Shown: piece by piece, positions 39,783-49,295 of the stretch
Numbering within the stretch: the first letter of the stretch is position 1
How the letters are laid out: each line of letters starts with the position of its first letter
NCBI GenBank assembly: GCA_018058135.1
Contig: JAGPCK010000007.1
Coordinates: forward strand, 1,815-65,814
DNA length: 64,000 bases
Direction of reading: 5' to 3'
Origin: Bacteroidia bacterium
Lineage (GTDB): Bacteria > Bacteroidota > Bacteroidia > UKL13-3
Notes under the pieces: generated by a model
Seen by the model: the letters and a program-made list of their open reading frames with translations, nothing else
Databases searched by the model: none
Told to the model about the DNA's origin: nothing
Program-made: the position numbers and the translations under genes

Positions 39783-41813
39783 ATGAAAAAGCTGTTACTT
39801 TTACTTCTACCTATTGTGTGTTATTCCCAAGACTACAAACGCACCTATAACTGGTACTTTGGTGACAGCGCGGGAATTAGTTTTGCCACCAACCCACCGA
39901 CTCCTTTAAGCAACGGAAAAATTTTTACTGATGAAGGCTGTGCAAGCATATCAGACACAAATGGCAACTTACTATTCTACACTAATGGAGAAAAAGTATG
40001 GAATAAAAACCATGAGATTATGGAAATGGGAGACTCTCTTTTAGGTAGCATTGATGCTACACAAAGCTCAATTATAATACCCCAACCAGATGTTGATAGC
40101 ATCTACAATATATTTACTACACCCACAAAAGGATTAGGTGGATTAAGATATTCAATTGTAAATATGAGTGCAAATGGCGGGCTTGGCAAAGTTATAAGTC
40201 GAAATATACTACTTCAATCCCCGGTGTGTGAAAAATTAACAGCTACACACCATCAAAATGGAAAAGATATATGGGTAGTTGCGCATGGATTCAAAGACCC
40301 AGGGAAAGACAACCTATTCTACAGCTATTTGATTACAGAAAAGGGCTTAGTTAATTGTCCAATACTAACCAACATAGGCGCGGAGCATTATAAGTATGAC
40401 ATGGCATTATATAATGCACAGGGTGCCATGAAATTCTCACGTGATGGTAAACGATTAGCTATTACTGTTTACAACGAATTGCAAAACTATATAGAGCTAT
40501 TTGATTTTAATAAAAATACGGGTGCAATTTTTAATCCTATAAGAATAAATAACATATTCCTTCCGTATGGACTTGAATTTTCTCCTAATGGGAAAAGATT
40601 ATATGTAACTAATCGCTCCAACCACCTTTATCAATATAACTTGGACTTGTCAACAGAAGCAGCAATCAACAACTCAAGAACTGAACTTTATTGGCCGGGA
40701 TTTAACACACCTGCAATCTATCACGGTAATATGCAACTAGCTGCAAATGGCAAAGTATATATTGCTCTAAAAGACTCGAATTTTTTATCTGTAGTTGATA
40801 GTCCTAATGCTATTGGGATAAATTGTACATTTAATTTCAGAATTCTAAAGCTTAGTAATGGCGCAACATCTAAATCAGGACTTCCTAATTATATCACATC
40901 TTATTTTGATAGTGATGAATCAGATTTCTTATATCAATTCATTTGTTCGTCACAAACAGCATATTTTCAAAGTAAACCCAAAACAACTCCCTCATTTATT
41001 TACTGGAAAATTAAAAGGTTATCAAACGGCTTTTTAACAACCTATTCAACCCCTACTATAAATCATCAGTTTAATGACAGTGGCTTATATGAGGTTGAGC
41101 TAATTGCCGATAGCGATACAGTTACAAAAACCATTTTCATTGATGCTCCAATATTACCGAAAACTGATACTTTAGGCTGCAGAGTGGATAGTGTGGTATT
41201 AAACATTCCGTCATCCTATCGCTGTTTGCAATGGAGTGATACTTCTGCACAATTCTATTCCCGCACCATCAGAACAAATGGTATTTATACTATTCAGGGA
41301 TATAACTCACAAGGATGTCTTATAACAGATAGCATAAGAATCAATTTTACACCTTCACCCTCTCAACCTGTAATCATAAAAAATAATGATAGTCTGTATT
41401 CATCACCTGCTTTCGGCTACCAATGGTTCTTAAATGATACTGCAATTATAGGAGCAAGTTCTCAAAGCATTAAACCTTCTGTTGCGGGTTTGTATAAAGT
41501 AATGATACGTGACAGCAACGGTTGCTCTAATTTTAGTTCTCCTTACTCTTCAAATGTTAGCATTTTAAACATTGATATCAGTTCAGTAACTATTTACCCT
41601 AACCCTACAAAAAATTTACTAGTTGTTGAACTATCAAAAATAAAAAATAACCACAGCTACTCCATAAGCAGTGTTACAGGCCAACAATTACTTACAGGAA
41701 ATTTATCAGCACAGGTAAACGAGATAAACACCTCATCTTTACTTCCAGGAATTTACTTTATACAAATCAAAAACCTAAATACTACCTACGTCAAAAAACT
41801 AATTATCCAATAA
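39783..41813 (+). CDS. T9SS-secreted surface protein, paralog 2
   Basis: Signal peptide MKKLLLLLLPIVCYSQ. It shares the DYKRTYNWYFG module, and its C-terminal third is near-identical to paralog 1. The Por tail is TIYPNPTKNLLVV...GIYFIQIKN. Confidence 0.75.
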   Translation: MKKLLLLLLPIVCYSQDYKRTYNWYFGDSAGISFATNPPTPLSNGKIFTDEGCASISDTNGNLLFYTNGEKVWNKNHEIMEMGDSLLGSIDATQSSIIIPQPDVDSIYNIFTTPTKGLGGLRYSIVNMSANGGLGKVISRNILLQSPVCEKLTATHHQNGKDIWVVAHGFKDPGKDNLFYSYLITEKGLVNCPILTNIGAEHYKYDMALYNAQGAMKFSRDGKRLAITVYNELQNYIELFDFNKNTGAIFNPIRINNIFLPYGLEFSPNGKRLYVTNRSNHLYQYNLDLSTEAAINNSRTELYWPGFNTPAIYHGNMQLAANGKVYIALKDSNFLSVVDSPNAIGINCTFNFRILKLSNGATSKSGLPNYITSYFDSDESDFLYQFICSSQTAYFQSKPKTTPSFIYWKIKRLSNGFLTTYSTPTINHQFNDSGLYEVELIADSDTVTKTIFIDAPILPKTDTLGCRVDSVVLNIPSSYRCLQWSDTSAQFYSRTIRTNGIYTIQGYNSQGCLITDSIRINFTPSPSQPVIIKNNDSLYSSPAFGYQWFLNDTAIIGASSQSIKPSVAGLYKVMIRDSNGCSNFSSPYSSNVSILNIDISSVTIYPNPTKNLLVVELSKIKNNHSYSISSVTGQQLLTGNLSAQVNEINTSSLLPGIYFIQIKNLNTTYVKKLIIQ

Positions 41814-41832
41814 CCCTTTAAACATTTTTACT

Positions 41833-44800
41833 ATGAAGCAAAAACGACTTACCCTCGTAGTGGCTTTGCTTTGCCTGTGGTTAAGCAAAAGCACACAAGC
41901 ACAAACCCAATTCTCCTGTGGCTTTGATGAGCAACGACAGCAATGGCTCGATGCTGATACAGCCAACTATTTCACCATGCACAACTACTGGCAACGCATT
42001 GATAAATTCAAGAACAACAATTACCTGCAAGCCCCGTTAGATGCGGGGCCACAAAATAGTGGAAGCAGTATGGGAGTAGGTTGCGCCCGAGCGAACTTTG
42101 TTATTCCCATTGTATTTCATGTAGTGTATGACCCAGGTGTTTCCGCCAGTAATGTACATGACAGCCTTGTTCAAAATCAGTTAGATATACTCAACAAAGC
42201 CTTCAGCGGATACTACGGTGGAATAAATACAGGTATACAGTTTTGTTTGGCACTAAAAAAGCCGGATGGCAGTAGTTTTAGTGGAATTAATCACATAGCT
42301 GATAGTAATCCTGATTACCGCAAGTATGGATTGCAACGTAATCATTTAGCCTCAAAAGCATATTATGATCACAACCGTTACCTGAATGTGTGGATTGTAG
42401 CCGATATACGTGAAGCAAATAATACTGCTTCTCTAACAGGTGGGTATGCCAATATTGGATATACAACCAGCATTGACGGAGTGATTATGCGGTACGAGGC
42501 CGCAGGTAATTATAACTACTGTAACTCCTGTGGATTTGTGCCAAGCGCAAGGGGTTTTACTCTCATACACGAGGTAGGCCATTGGCTTGGTCTTTACCAT
42601 ACTTTTCAGGGTGAATCGTGCTTAGGAGATGATTCACTTACCTGTGCCAATGGAGGCGACCACTGTTGTGACACCCGTGCCCACTATAATCCTGTAAACT
42701 ACACCACTTGCCCGCCAGATACGCAAAAGGTGTGTACATCAGCCAATGCTTTTTACGGCAACACACCTGACCCTGTGCACAATTACATGAACTATGTACC
42801 TGAAATGTGCTATACCAATTTCACAGCCGACCAGATGGCGATAATGTATGCCGGTCTTATGCTAACAAGAGACAGGATAAGTACACCTGAAAACCTTTTG
42901 GCAGCCAATTTAAGTTGTTGCCTTACCACAGCAGTATTTAACACCACCACCCCTTTTAAATGTACCAGCGATACCATATTCACCGCCCGTGCTTATCCAT
43001 ACAGCAGTGTGCGACACTTGTGGCGGGTGTACCGTAACGGTTCACTGGTGCAAAGTCACAGTGATACTACTGCTATATTCACCTACCACGCACCTGATAC
43101 GGGTACATATGATGTGAGCCATGCTATTGTTTACAACAGTAATACAGATACCACCAGCTTTATGCGGGTAAATGGTTTTTGGGAACTGGCTCATTGTGGT
43201 ACCAACCTGCAAAGCACACAGGCTAATTGGGTATTTGGTGACCATGCCGCACTCAGGTTCACAAGTCAAGGGGTTTACAGAAATAGTGCAGTGTACAACA
43301 ATTGGCCAAACTTTACATCTGAATTTGATGCAAGTAATAGTCTTTCTAATGAAAACGGAAGTTTATTGTTTTATGGATTACAAGATTACTGGAACAAAAA
43401 TTATGTAAAAATGAGTAACTCTGGTATAGCTTACAGTGGAACACCATATCAGGGATTAATTTCATTTCCTGTTCCATTCAAAAAGCACAGGTATTACGTG
43501 CTTACTGTTTCTGGTATTGAAGATCTAAGGCCCGCTTCCCCTCAAAGGGGCTTTTTCAACTACAGTACAATTGATACTACGTTAAATAGCAATGGTGATT
43601 TAGTCAGTAGTTTAAAGAATAAAGGAATCGAAGCTCCTGCCACGGGGTCTGAAAAGTCAGGTCCAGATAGTAGTATTGTCCCATTAGAGGCCATAACTGC
43701 AATTCCTAAATGTGATGGAGAAAACTATTGGGTGATTACAGTAGATGCTTCAGGCCTTGAACAGAATTTTGGTCAGATGCCAGGCTGTAGTCCAGTTTTC
43801 TGCAATGTCGCAAGCTATCCTAATCAGCTAAAATTATTGGTATACTCTGCTGACAGCGTAGGATTAACACATCACGCCACAAGTGACTCGGCCATTGCCA
43901 TTGAGGATGCGTATGCAGCCTTACTAAAAACATCACATGACGGAATTAGAGTGGCTATGGGAAGGAGGGTCTTTAGCTTCGATAGAAGCTCAGGAACACT
44001 TTCTCTTAGCAACTTGTTAAATATCCCAAGTAGTTACAGTATTAAAGGAGGCTCATTCAGCCCTAACGGGTTAATCTATTACTTAATTGTTCAAGAACCC
44101 TCTAACAGCTATTTCTTATATCAATTTGACCTACAAAGTCAATGGATTATAAATCCTTTTAAAATCCCTATTTACTCAGGGGCATTAACTTTTATGCAGT
44201 TAGGCCCTGATGGGAAAATATATTTGAGTAATAAATATTCAATTCAATTACCAGTGATTAATTACCCGGATAGTCTGTGTAATAATGCACTGCCAAATGC
44301 TTGTGGTTTTACTTTTGCAGGGCCAAAGTTGGCAAATGATAACGGATCAGGAGGATCATGTATGGAGGCTTTACCTAACATGGTAGATGCTAAAAAGAAA
44401 GAAGATATTCCGTTGGTAATTTACCACAGAGATACCGCCTGCTTCACGGTACACTTCAGCAGTAGCGTTTGTTGTGCAAGCAGTTTTAGTTGGGATTTTG
44501 GAGACACCAACACTTCACTAGAAAGAAATCCTTTGCACACATACTCAGCAAAAGGCACATATACCATACGGCTGATAGCTGACTTAGATACTATTTATAT
44601 AGACGTGAAAATAGGACTGGAGAGTTTTACCATAAACGGTGCAGATACCATTTGCGGTACACCTAATTACGCCAGTTACGCAGTAAGTTTATTCAACCCT
44701 TACCGTGAATACGAATGGACAATGTACAAAGGCTCAGGTACTGCAAATAACAACGGAAACGATATTGATATAAGTTGGGATAGTACAGGATGGGTAAAAG

Positions 44801-47619
44801 TAAAAGCAAATGATTACAGAACCGGATGTCTTGATTCGGCAATTAAGAACGTAGTGGTATTGCCTGCCATTACCAACACCATAAGTTCACCTCAACAAAT
44901 TTGTATTGGCGGAACACCGTCACAAATTAACGGTTCTACACCTACTGGTGGGGTAGGAAGTCCATATACTTTCAGATGGTACTCAAGTACTGATACGTTA
45001 AATGACCTTGCGTGGACATTAATCAGTGGTGCTACCTCTCAGAACTACCAACCTGCATCCCCGAGCCAACCCACATTCTTTAAGCGTGTAGTAGTATCAG
45101 GTTCATGTGAAATAGAAAGTAATATTTCCAGTATCGTGTTCATATGGAATAACATCATTACGGCAGATACTTCAGATTGTGACGATATAATAGGCTCAAC
45201 ACCTAACTCCATAAACTCATTCACTTACACATGGCAACGAAGCATAGACAGCAGCAACTGGACAAATATTCCTTCACAAACAAGCAAAGACCTGACTGGC
45301 CCTGTTTATTTCAAAAAGACACACGTAAGAAGAGTAGTGCAAGATTCCCTATGTACCTCCTATAGTAACGTGCTAACAATACAGCCCTCGATTACTTCAC
45401 CCATCACAACCACTACTGACTCCTTTTGTTACGGAGAAGCACTTTTGGTAACAGGTTCAACTCCTTGCAGTGATAACTCATCCATTACCTACCAGTGGCA
45501 ATATAAAACAAGCCCGTCAGGTGGCTTTAGTAATATCCCCGTGTATTACGATTCCGATAATGCCAGTTTGGATGAAGACTGGCACTTTGAATGTGAGTTA
45601 AGGAGAGTGTCCGTATCAGCAGGAGATACAATGTTAAGCGATACGCTTGCTGTTTACTTTAAAAGATTGGACAACTATATTTTATCCTTTGAAGGATTTG
45701 AGCCATACAGGTATGCTATATGTTCAGGCTCTTCGGCTCCTGGGCTTGTAGGTTCAACTATCTGTGAATACGGAGCGTGGGGATTTGCATGGGAAAGCAC
45801 AACTGATACCACCGATGCAAACAGTTGGCAGTATGAAGCAGGTACTCCGAGTTTTGGACCTACGGTTAATACCATTACAAAATATTACAGAAGAAAAGCA
45901 AAACATATAGCGTTGTCAGATTCAACTTATACTCCCGCATTTCAGGTATATGTGCGGAACCCGCAGATTGTAACCCAACCGGGTAATGCCACACTGAACG
46001 AAGGAACAAATACCTCATTTCATACCGTATGTTTAGACTTAGAGCCTGTTAAATGGCAATACGGAAAAGTAGTAGGCGGAAGTATGGTATGGACAGACCT
46101 CACAGCAGGAGGTCTTACTATTCCTGACCCTTTTGTACCGTATCAATATACTTTTGATTTACTTATGCCAGCAGAACTCTGCTTAGACGGAGCATCATTC
46201 AGAGCCGTGTATCAGAATCCTTGTGAGTCTCCCGGAACATATACGTACAGTAATACGGTAACACTGACTGTAAATGCAGTTTCCTATGATGTTTGGGCAA
46301 AGGATTATTCTACTGATGTGGGAGGTGAACCTTCTACTGTATCGAATACCTTCATTTGGGATAGTCCTGACATTTGGAACAGCAGAAGCACTGGAATTAC
46401 CTACCACCAAAATCCTGAGTACAGGATAAGTGACCCCAACTATATTCATGCTATTGTCCGTAACAAAGGAGCAGCAACAAGTATTCCTGCAAAGCTGTAC
46501 CTGTACTGGACATTTGCCAGCACAGGCGAAAGATGGGACAGGCATTGGCTCAATGACACAACGCTTTCATCTACATACGGCAACTGGAGAACATACTACG
46601 GTGCTAAAAAGCCTTTGGGCGGGTTAATAGGAGTATATAACGTTCCTACTATAACTTCAGGCAATAGCTGGCAAATGGAAGCAGCTTGGTATGCTCCTGA
46701 CCCTGGAGTGCTTACAGGAGATTCCAATGCTACCTCGGCTGAATTATGTTTCCTTGCACGAATAGTTACCTGCTCAACGCCTGAATATGGATTAACATAC
46801 CCTGAAACGTTCTATATGCGAGACAACGTAGAGCGAAATAACAACCTTGTTACAAAAAACTTCATTGTGGTAGATTCTTTGGCAGGTAATGGTAAAACGC
46901 ATTGGAACGGTAACGGTAATCCAACGGATTTATCCGCCACAGGTAGACTTGTATTTACTGCCCGTGATTGTGACTACTTCGATTACGGAACTGTAACAGT
47001 TCATTTAGATAATGAGTTGCAAACCCTGTGGGTTGGCAATGGAGCCAATGGCTCAGGTTTTAGCCTAATCAACGATTCTACTCTACAGATGGATAGTTGT
47101 GTCATGACACTGGACGATATTGCATACGGTGCGGAAACACGCTCCCTGTATGGTATTCAGTTTAATGAACGGGACGACTTAGTTATACTTGAAAACGTAG
47201 AGGAGTATTATGAGTTTGATGTTCAACAATACCTTACTGAAGAAAGCGAAGAAAACTCTATAGGCGGTATTCTGTATGGAGTGCCTGTGGTATTGTACCC
47301 ACCTGAAATCAGTGGATCTCAACGAAGAAACACACCTGTTCAGGACACCAAAGCCAATCAGCTTGCTTTCTCAGCTTTCCCAAATCCGTTCAATGATGTA
47401 TTAAAGGTAGTATACAGCTTACCAAAAGACGAAAACGTGACTATCACATTGACGAATTTACTTGGTCAAACTATACAAACGGTTGAGCAGAATGAATTCA
47501 AAACAGCCGGATTACATCGTTTGGATATAAATACCGTCAATCTTACTGAAGGCATCTACTTTATCACCTTTAAAGCGGGTAATGAAATAAAACAGAAAAA
47601 GATTGTTTTAATCAGGTAA
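41833..47619 (+). CDS. Giant T9SS-secreted M43 (pappalysin/ulilysin-like) zinc metalloprotease with propeller-like, PKD and Ig-like repeat modules
   Basis: 1928 aa with a signal peptide. The zinc site HEVGHWLGLYHTF is present. A module related to paralogs 1 and 2 follows (WVFGDHAALRFTSQG...NENGSLLFYG). There is a PKD signature WDFGDTNTS...HTYSAKGTYTI. The Por tail is FPNPFNDVLKVVY...GIYFITFKAG. Confidence 0.75.
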   Translation: MKQKRLTLVVALLCLWLSKSTQAQTQFSCGFDEQRQQWLDADTANYFTMHNYWQRIDKFKNNNYLQAPLDAGPQNSGSSMGVGCARANFVIPIVFHVVYDPGVSASNVHDSLVQNQLDILNKAFSGYYGGINTGIQFCLALKKPDGSSFSGINHIADSNPDYRKYGLQRNHLASKAYYDHNRYLNVWIVADIREANNTASLTGGYANIGYTTSIDGVIMRYEAAGNYNYCNSCGFVPSARGFTLIHEVGHWLGLYHTFQGESCLGDDSLTCANGGDHCCDTRAHYNPVNYTTCPPDTQKVCTSANAFYGNTPDPVHNYMNYVPEMCYTNFTADQMAIMYAGLMLTRDRISTPENLLAANLSCCLTTAVFNTTTPFKCTSDTIFTARAYPYSSVRHLWRVYRNGSLVQSHSDTTAIFTYHAPDTGTYDVSHAIVYNSNTDTTSFMRVNGFWELAHCGTNLQSTQANWVFGDHAALRFTSQGVYRNSAVYNNWPNFTSEFDASNSLSNENGSLLFYGLQDYWNKNYVKMSNSGIAYSGTPYQGLISFPVPFKKHRYYVLTVSGIEDLRPASPQRGFFNYSTIDTTLNSNGDLVSSLKNKGIEAPATGSEKSGPDSSIVPLEAITAIPKCDGENYWVITVDASGLEQNFGQMPGCSPVFCNVASYPNQLKLLVYSADSVGLTHHATSDSAIAIEDAYAALLKTSHDGIRVAMGRRVFSFDRSSGTLSLSNLLNIPSSYSIKGGSFSPNGLIYYLIVQEPSNSYFLYQFDLQSQWIINPFKIPIYSGALTFMQLGPDGKIYLSNKYSIQLPVINYPDSLCNNALPNACGFTFAGPKLANDNGSGGSCMEALPNMVDAKKKEDIPLVIYHRDTACFTVHFSSSVCCASSFSWDFGDTNTSLERNPLHTYSAKGTYTIRLIADLDTIYIDVKIGLESFTINGADTICGTPNYASYAVSLFNPYREYEWTMYKGSGTANNNGNDIDISWDSTGWVKVKANDYRTGCLDSAIKNVVVLPAITNTISSPQQICIGGTPSQINGSTPTGGVGSPYTFRWYSSTDTLNDLAWTLISGATSQNYQPASPSQPTFFKRVVVSGSCEIESNISSIVFIWNNIITADTSDCDDIIGSTPNSINSFTYTWQRSIDSSNWTNIPSQTSKDLTGPVYFKKTHVRRVVQDSLCTSYSNVLTIQPSITSPITTTTDSFCYGEALLVTGSTPCSDNSSITYQWQYKTSPSGGFSNIPVYYDSDNASLDEDWHFECELRRVSVSAGDTMLSDTLAVYFKRLDNYILSFEGFEPYRYAICSGSSAPGLVGSTICEYGAWGFAWESTTDTTDANSWQYEAGTPSFGPTVNTITKYYRRKAKHIALSDSTYTPAFQVYVRNPQIVTQPGNATLNEGTNTSFHTVCLDLEPVKWQYGKVVGGSMVWTDLTAGGLTIPDPFVPYQYTFDLLMPAELCLDGASFRAVYQNPCESPGTYTYSNTVTLTVNAVSYDVWAKDYSTDVGGEPSTVSNTFIWDSPDIWNSRSTGITYHQNPEYRISDPNYIHAIVRNKGAATSIPAKLYLYWTFASTGERWDRHWLNDTTLSSTYGNWRTYYGAKKPLGGLIGVYNVPTITSGNSWQMEAAWYAPDPGVLTGDSNATSAELCFLARIVTCSTPEYGLTYPETFYMRDNVERNNNLVTKNFIVVDSLAGNGKTHWNGNGNPTDLSATGRLVFTARDCDYFDYGTVTVHLDNELQTLWVGNGANGSGFSLINDSTLQMDSCVMTLDDIAYGAETRSLYGIQFNERDDLVILENVEEYYEFDVQQYLTEESEENSIGGILYGVPVVLYPPEISGSQRRNTPVQDTKANQLAFSAFPNPFNDVLKVVYSLPKDENVTITLTNLLGQTIQTVEQNEFKTAGLHRLDINTVNLTEGIYFITFKAGNEIKQKKIVLIR

Positions 47620-47662
47620 GTTACTTTATTTCGTGTAGCAGACAGATAGGTTTTTCATAGTT

Positions 47663-47699
47663 CCCCCGGAGTGCATTCGCATCTTCGGGGGTTTCTTTT
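47663..47699 (+). terminator. Rho-independent terminator after the M43 protease gene
   Basis: Stem CCCCCGGAG / CTTCGGGGG (one G-U pair) with an 11-nt loop, followed by TTTCTTTT. Confidence 0.65.
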
Positions 47700-48071
47700 A
47701 TAGGGGCAGGGTTTAACCTGTAAGCATCCCCGTTTTAGGATTAGCCATAAAATATAAACCCATTTGTTGTTTATAGCCTGATTTTTGGACTATTCACAGA
47801 ATCCAACAAAATCAAAGGTTGCAATGAAGTGCAAGTTGTGTTTTAATAGTTGCTTAATGGAATAAAGCAAACTATTTAATGCTTTTTGACTTTGTTTTAA
47901 TGGTTGCACAATGGTTTTCAGATGCAATTTTATTGATTTTTGCCGACTCTGCTAATGATTGTTGATAGGACAATAGTTAACCTAACACTCTGCAATGCAT
48001 TGTTGTTATGCTATACAGTAATGTCTTGTTCTTTCTTAAGATTGCATTTATTTTGTCAAAAAAGTAAAACT

Positions 48072-48791
48072 ATGACTACACAATTAAATGAGTTCTTTCC
48101 ACTATTAAGAGATAAAGAAACAGGACGCTTATCTATTAGGAAAATACTTGGTATACCTATACTTTCATACTTGACATGGCAAGCAACCAGCCAATTTATT
48201 AAAATTGATGCGGCAGTTTTCTTTGACAGTAAAACAACCCTTCAGTTTTTCTTAGATGGGCACTTTCTAGTTTTCATTGTAGTTTTTGGCTTAATTATTA
48301 AAGCAACATACCTTTTTTCTGTGGCTTTTCAGGTGATATTTATTCAAATGCTTTCAGCGAGGATTAAAAGAAAAATCAGGGAGTTTGGAATGACAGAAGA
48401 GCAATATTCAGAAAAATGTAAAACAATAGCAGAAAAAACCGTTTTAGGGGTTACCGAGGACGAGATTAGATTAGTGCCTGCAATATTGAGAGATGTTTTG
48501 AATAAGGAAGGATGGCGGAGTTTTTCTGATGCGGTAGAAAAGGCCAGATTAAAATTAATGGATACGACATTATTCTTTATTCGTTTGCTCATTGCTTTAT
48601 CAGTCTATGTTTGGGGTAATTCCTTGTTTTCTTGGAAGGGTATTTTGCCTCTTTTATTAGTTCCGGTTTTGGCTATCTGTGCGGAAGGGTTAACATATAT
48701 ATTCATGGATATACTTCCATTAATCATTAAAACATTTCTAAAAGCCATTTCAGGATTTAGAGATAAGTCGGAAAGAAATATATTGTCTTGA
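48072..48791 (+). CDS. Hypothetical membrane protein (about 4 TM segments with a central charged loop)
   Basis: 239 aa from the first ATG (MTTQLNEFFPLL...). The track start 47940 is a TTG extension. I recognised no motif. Confidence 0.5.
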   Translation: MTTQLNEFFPLLRDKETGRLSIRKILGIPILSYLTWQATSQFIKIDAAVFFDSKTTLQFFLDGHFLVFIVVFGLIIKATYLFSVAFQVIFIQMLSARIKRKIREFGMTEEQYSEKCKTIAEKTVLGVTEDEIRLVPAILRDVLNKEGWRSFSDAVEKARLKLMDTTLFFIRLLIALSVYVWGNSLFSWKGILPLLLVPVLAICAEGLTYIFMDILPLIIKTFLKAISGFRDKSERNILS

Positions 48792-48828
48792 TATGTATAT
48801 TTGTGTTTCACAATTAATATTAATTTAT

Positions 48829-48954
48829 ATGGCAACAAAAACACCTCCTCCAAATGGGCCAAGTAAAACCACAAACCCTTCAGGTCCTAACCGTGGTAAC
48901 AACCCTCCATCCAAGCCAACACCCCCACCAGCCCCTAAGCCTAAAAGCAAGTAA
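48829..48954 (+). CDS. 41-aa proline-rich, lysine-rich micro-ORF (not in the supplied track)
   Basis: ATG at 48829 and TAA at 48952-48954. The translation is MATKTPPPNGPSKTTNPSGPNRGNNPPSKPTPPPAPKPKSK (14 Pro of 41, no hydrophobic core). A terminator follows 16 nt downstream. Confidence 0.35.
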   Translation: MATKTPPPNGPSKTTNPSGPNRGNNPPSKPTPPPAPKPKSK

Positions 48955-48970
48955 ACCCATCATTAACGAA

Positions 48971-49001
48971 GAAGACCGGATTTTGTCCAGTCTTCTTTTT
49001 T
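48971..49001 (+). terminator. Rho-independent terminator after the micro-ORF
   Basis: Stem GAAGACCGGA / TCCAGTCTTC (one mismatch) with a 5-nt loop, followed by TTTTTT. Confidence 0.65.
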
Positions 49002-49020
49002 AAAATTTAAATAAACTCTA

Positions 49021-49242
49021 ATGACAAATTACGAACTTATATGGGAGTATCAACAAAGAATAACCGAAATATATAAGAATGAAGGCTTGACTTGTTTGAG
49101 TGGGTTGGATAATACATATCAACTAAACGGGAAAAATATGCTTGCCTGGCATAGTGATGTGACTCGTAAATGTACAGTCAAACACGATGGGCATTTTGAC
49201 TACTTTCAGAATTTTGATGATCTTATGTACATTGTAAAATAA
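49021..49242 (+). CDS. Hypothetical small soluble protein (73 aa)
   Basis: ORF with an ATG start. I recognised no motif. It is co-oriented with flanking unknown genes. Confidence 0.4.
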   Translation: MTNYELIWEYQQRITEIYKNEGLTCLSGLDNTYQLNGKNMLAWHSDVTRKCTVKHDGHFDYFQNFDDLMYIVK

Positions 49243-49295
49243 ACAAAAAGTAAATTATTTTTTTCTACCTTGCTTTTCTATACACTAAACCTATT

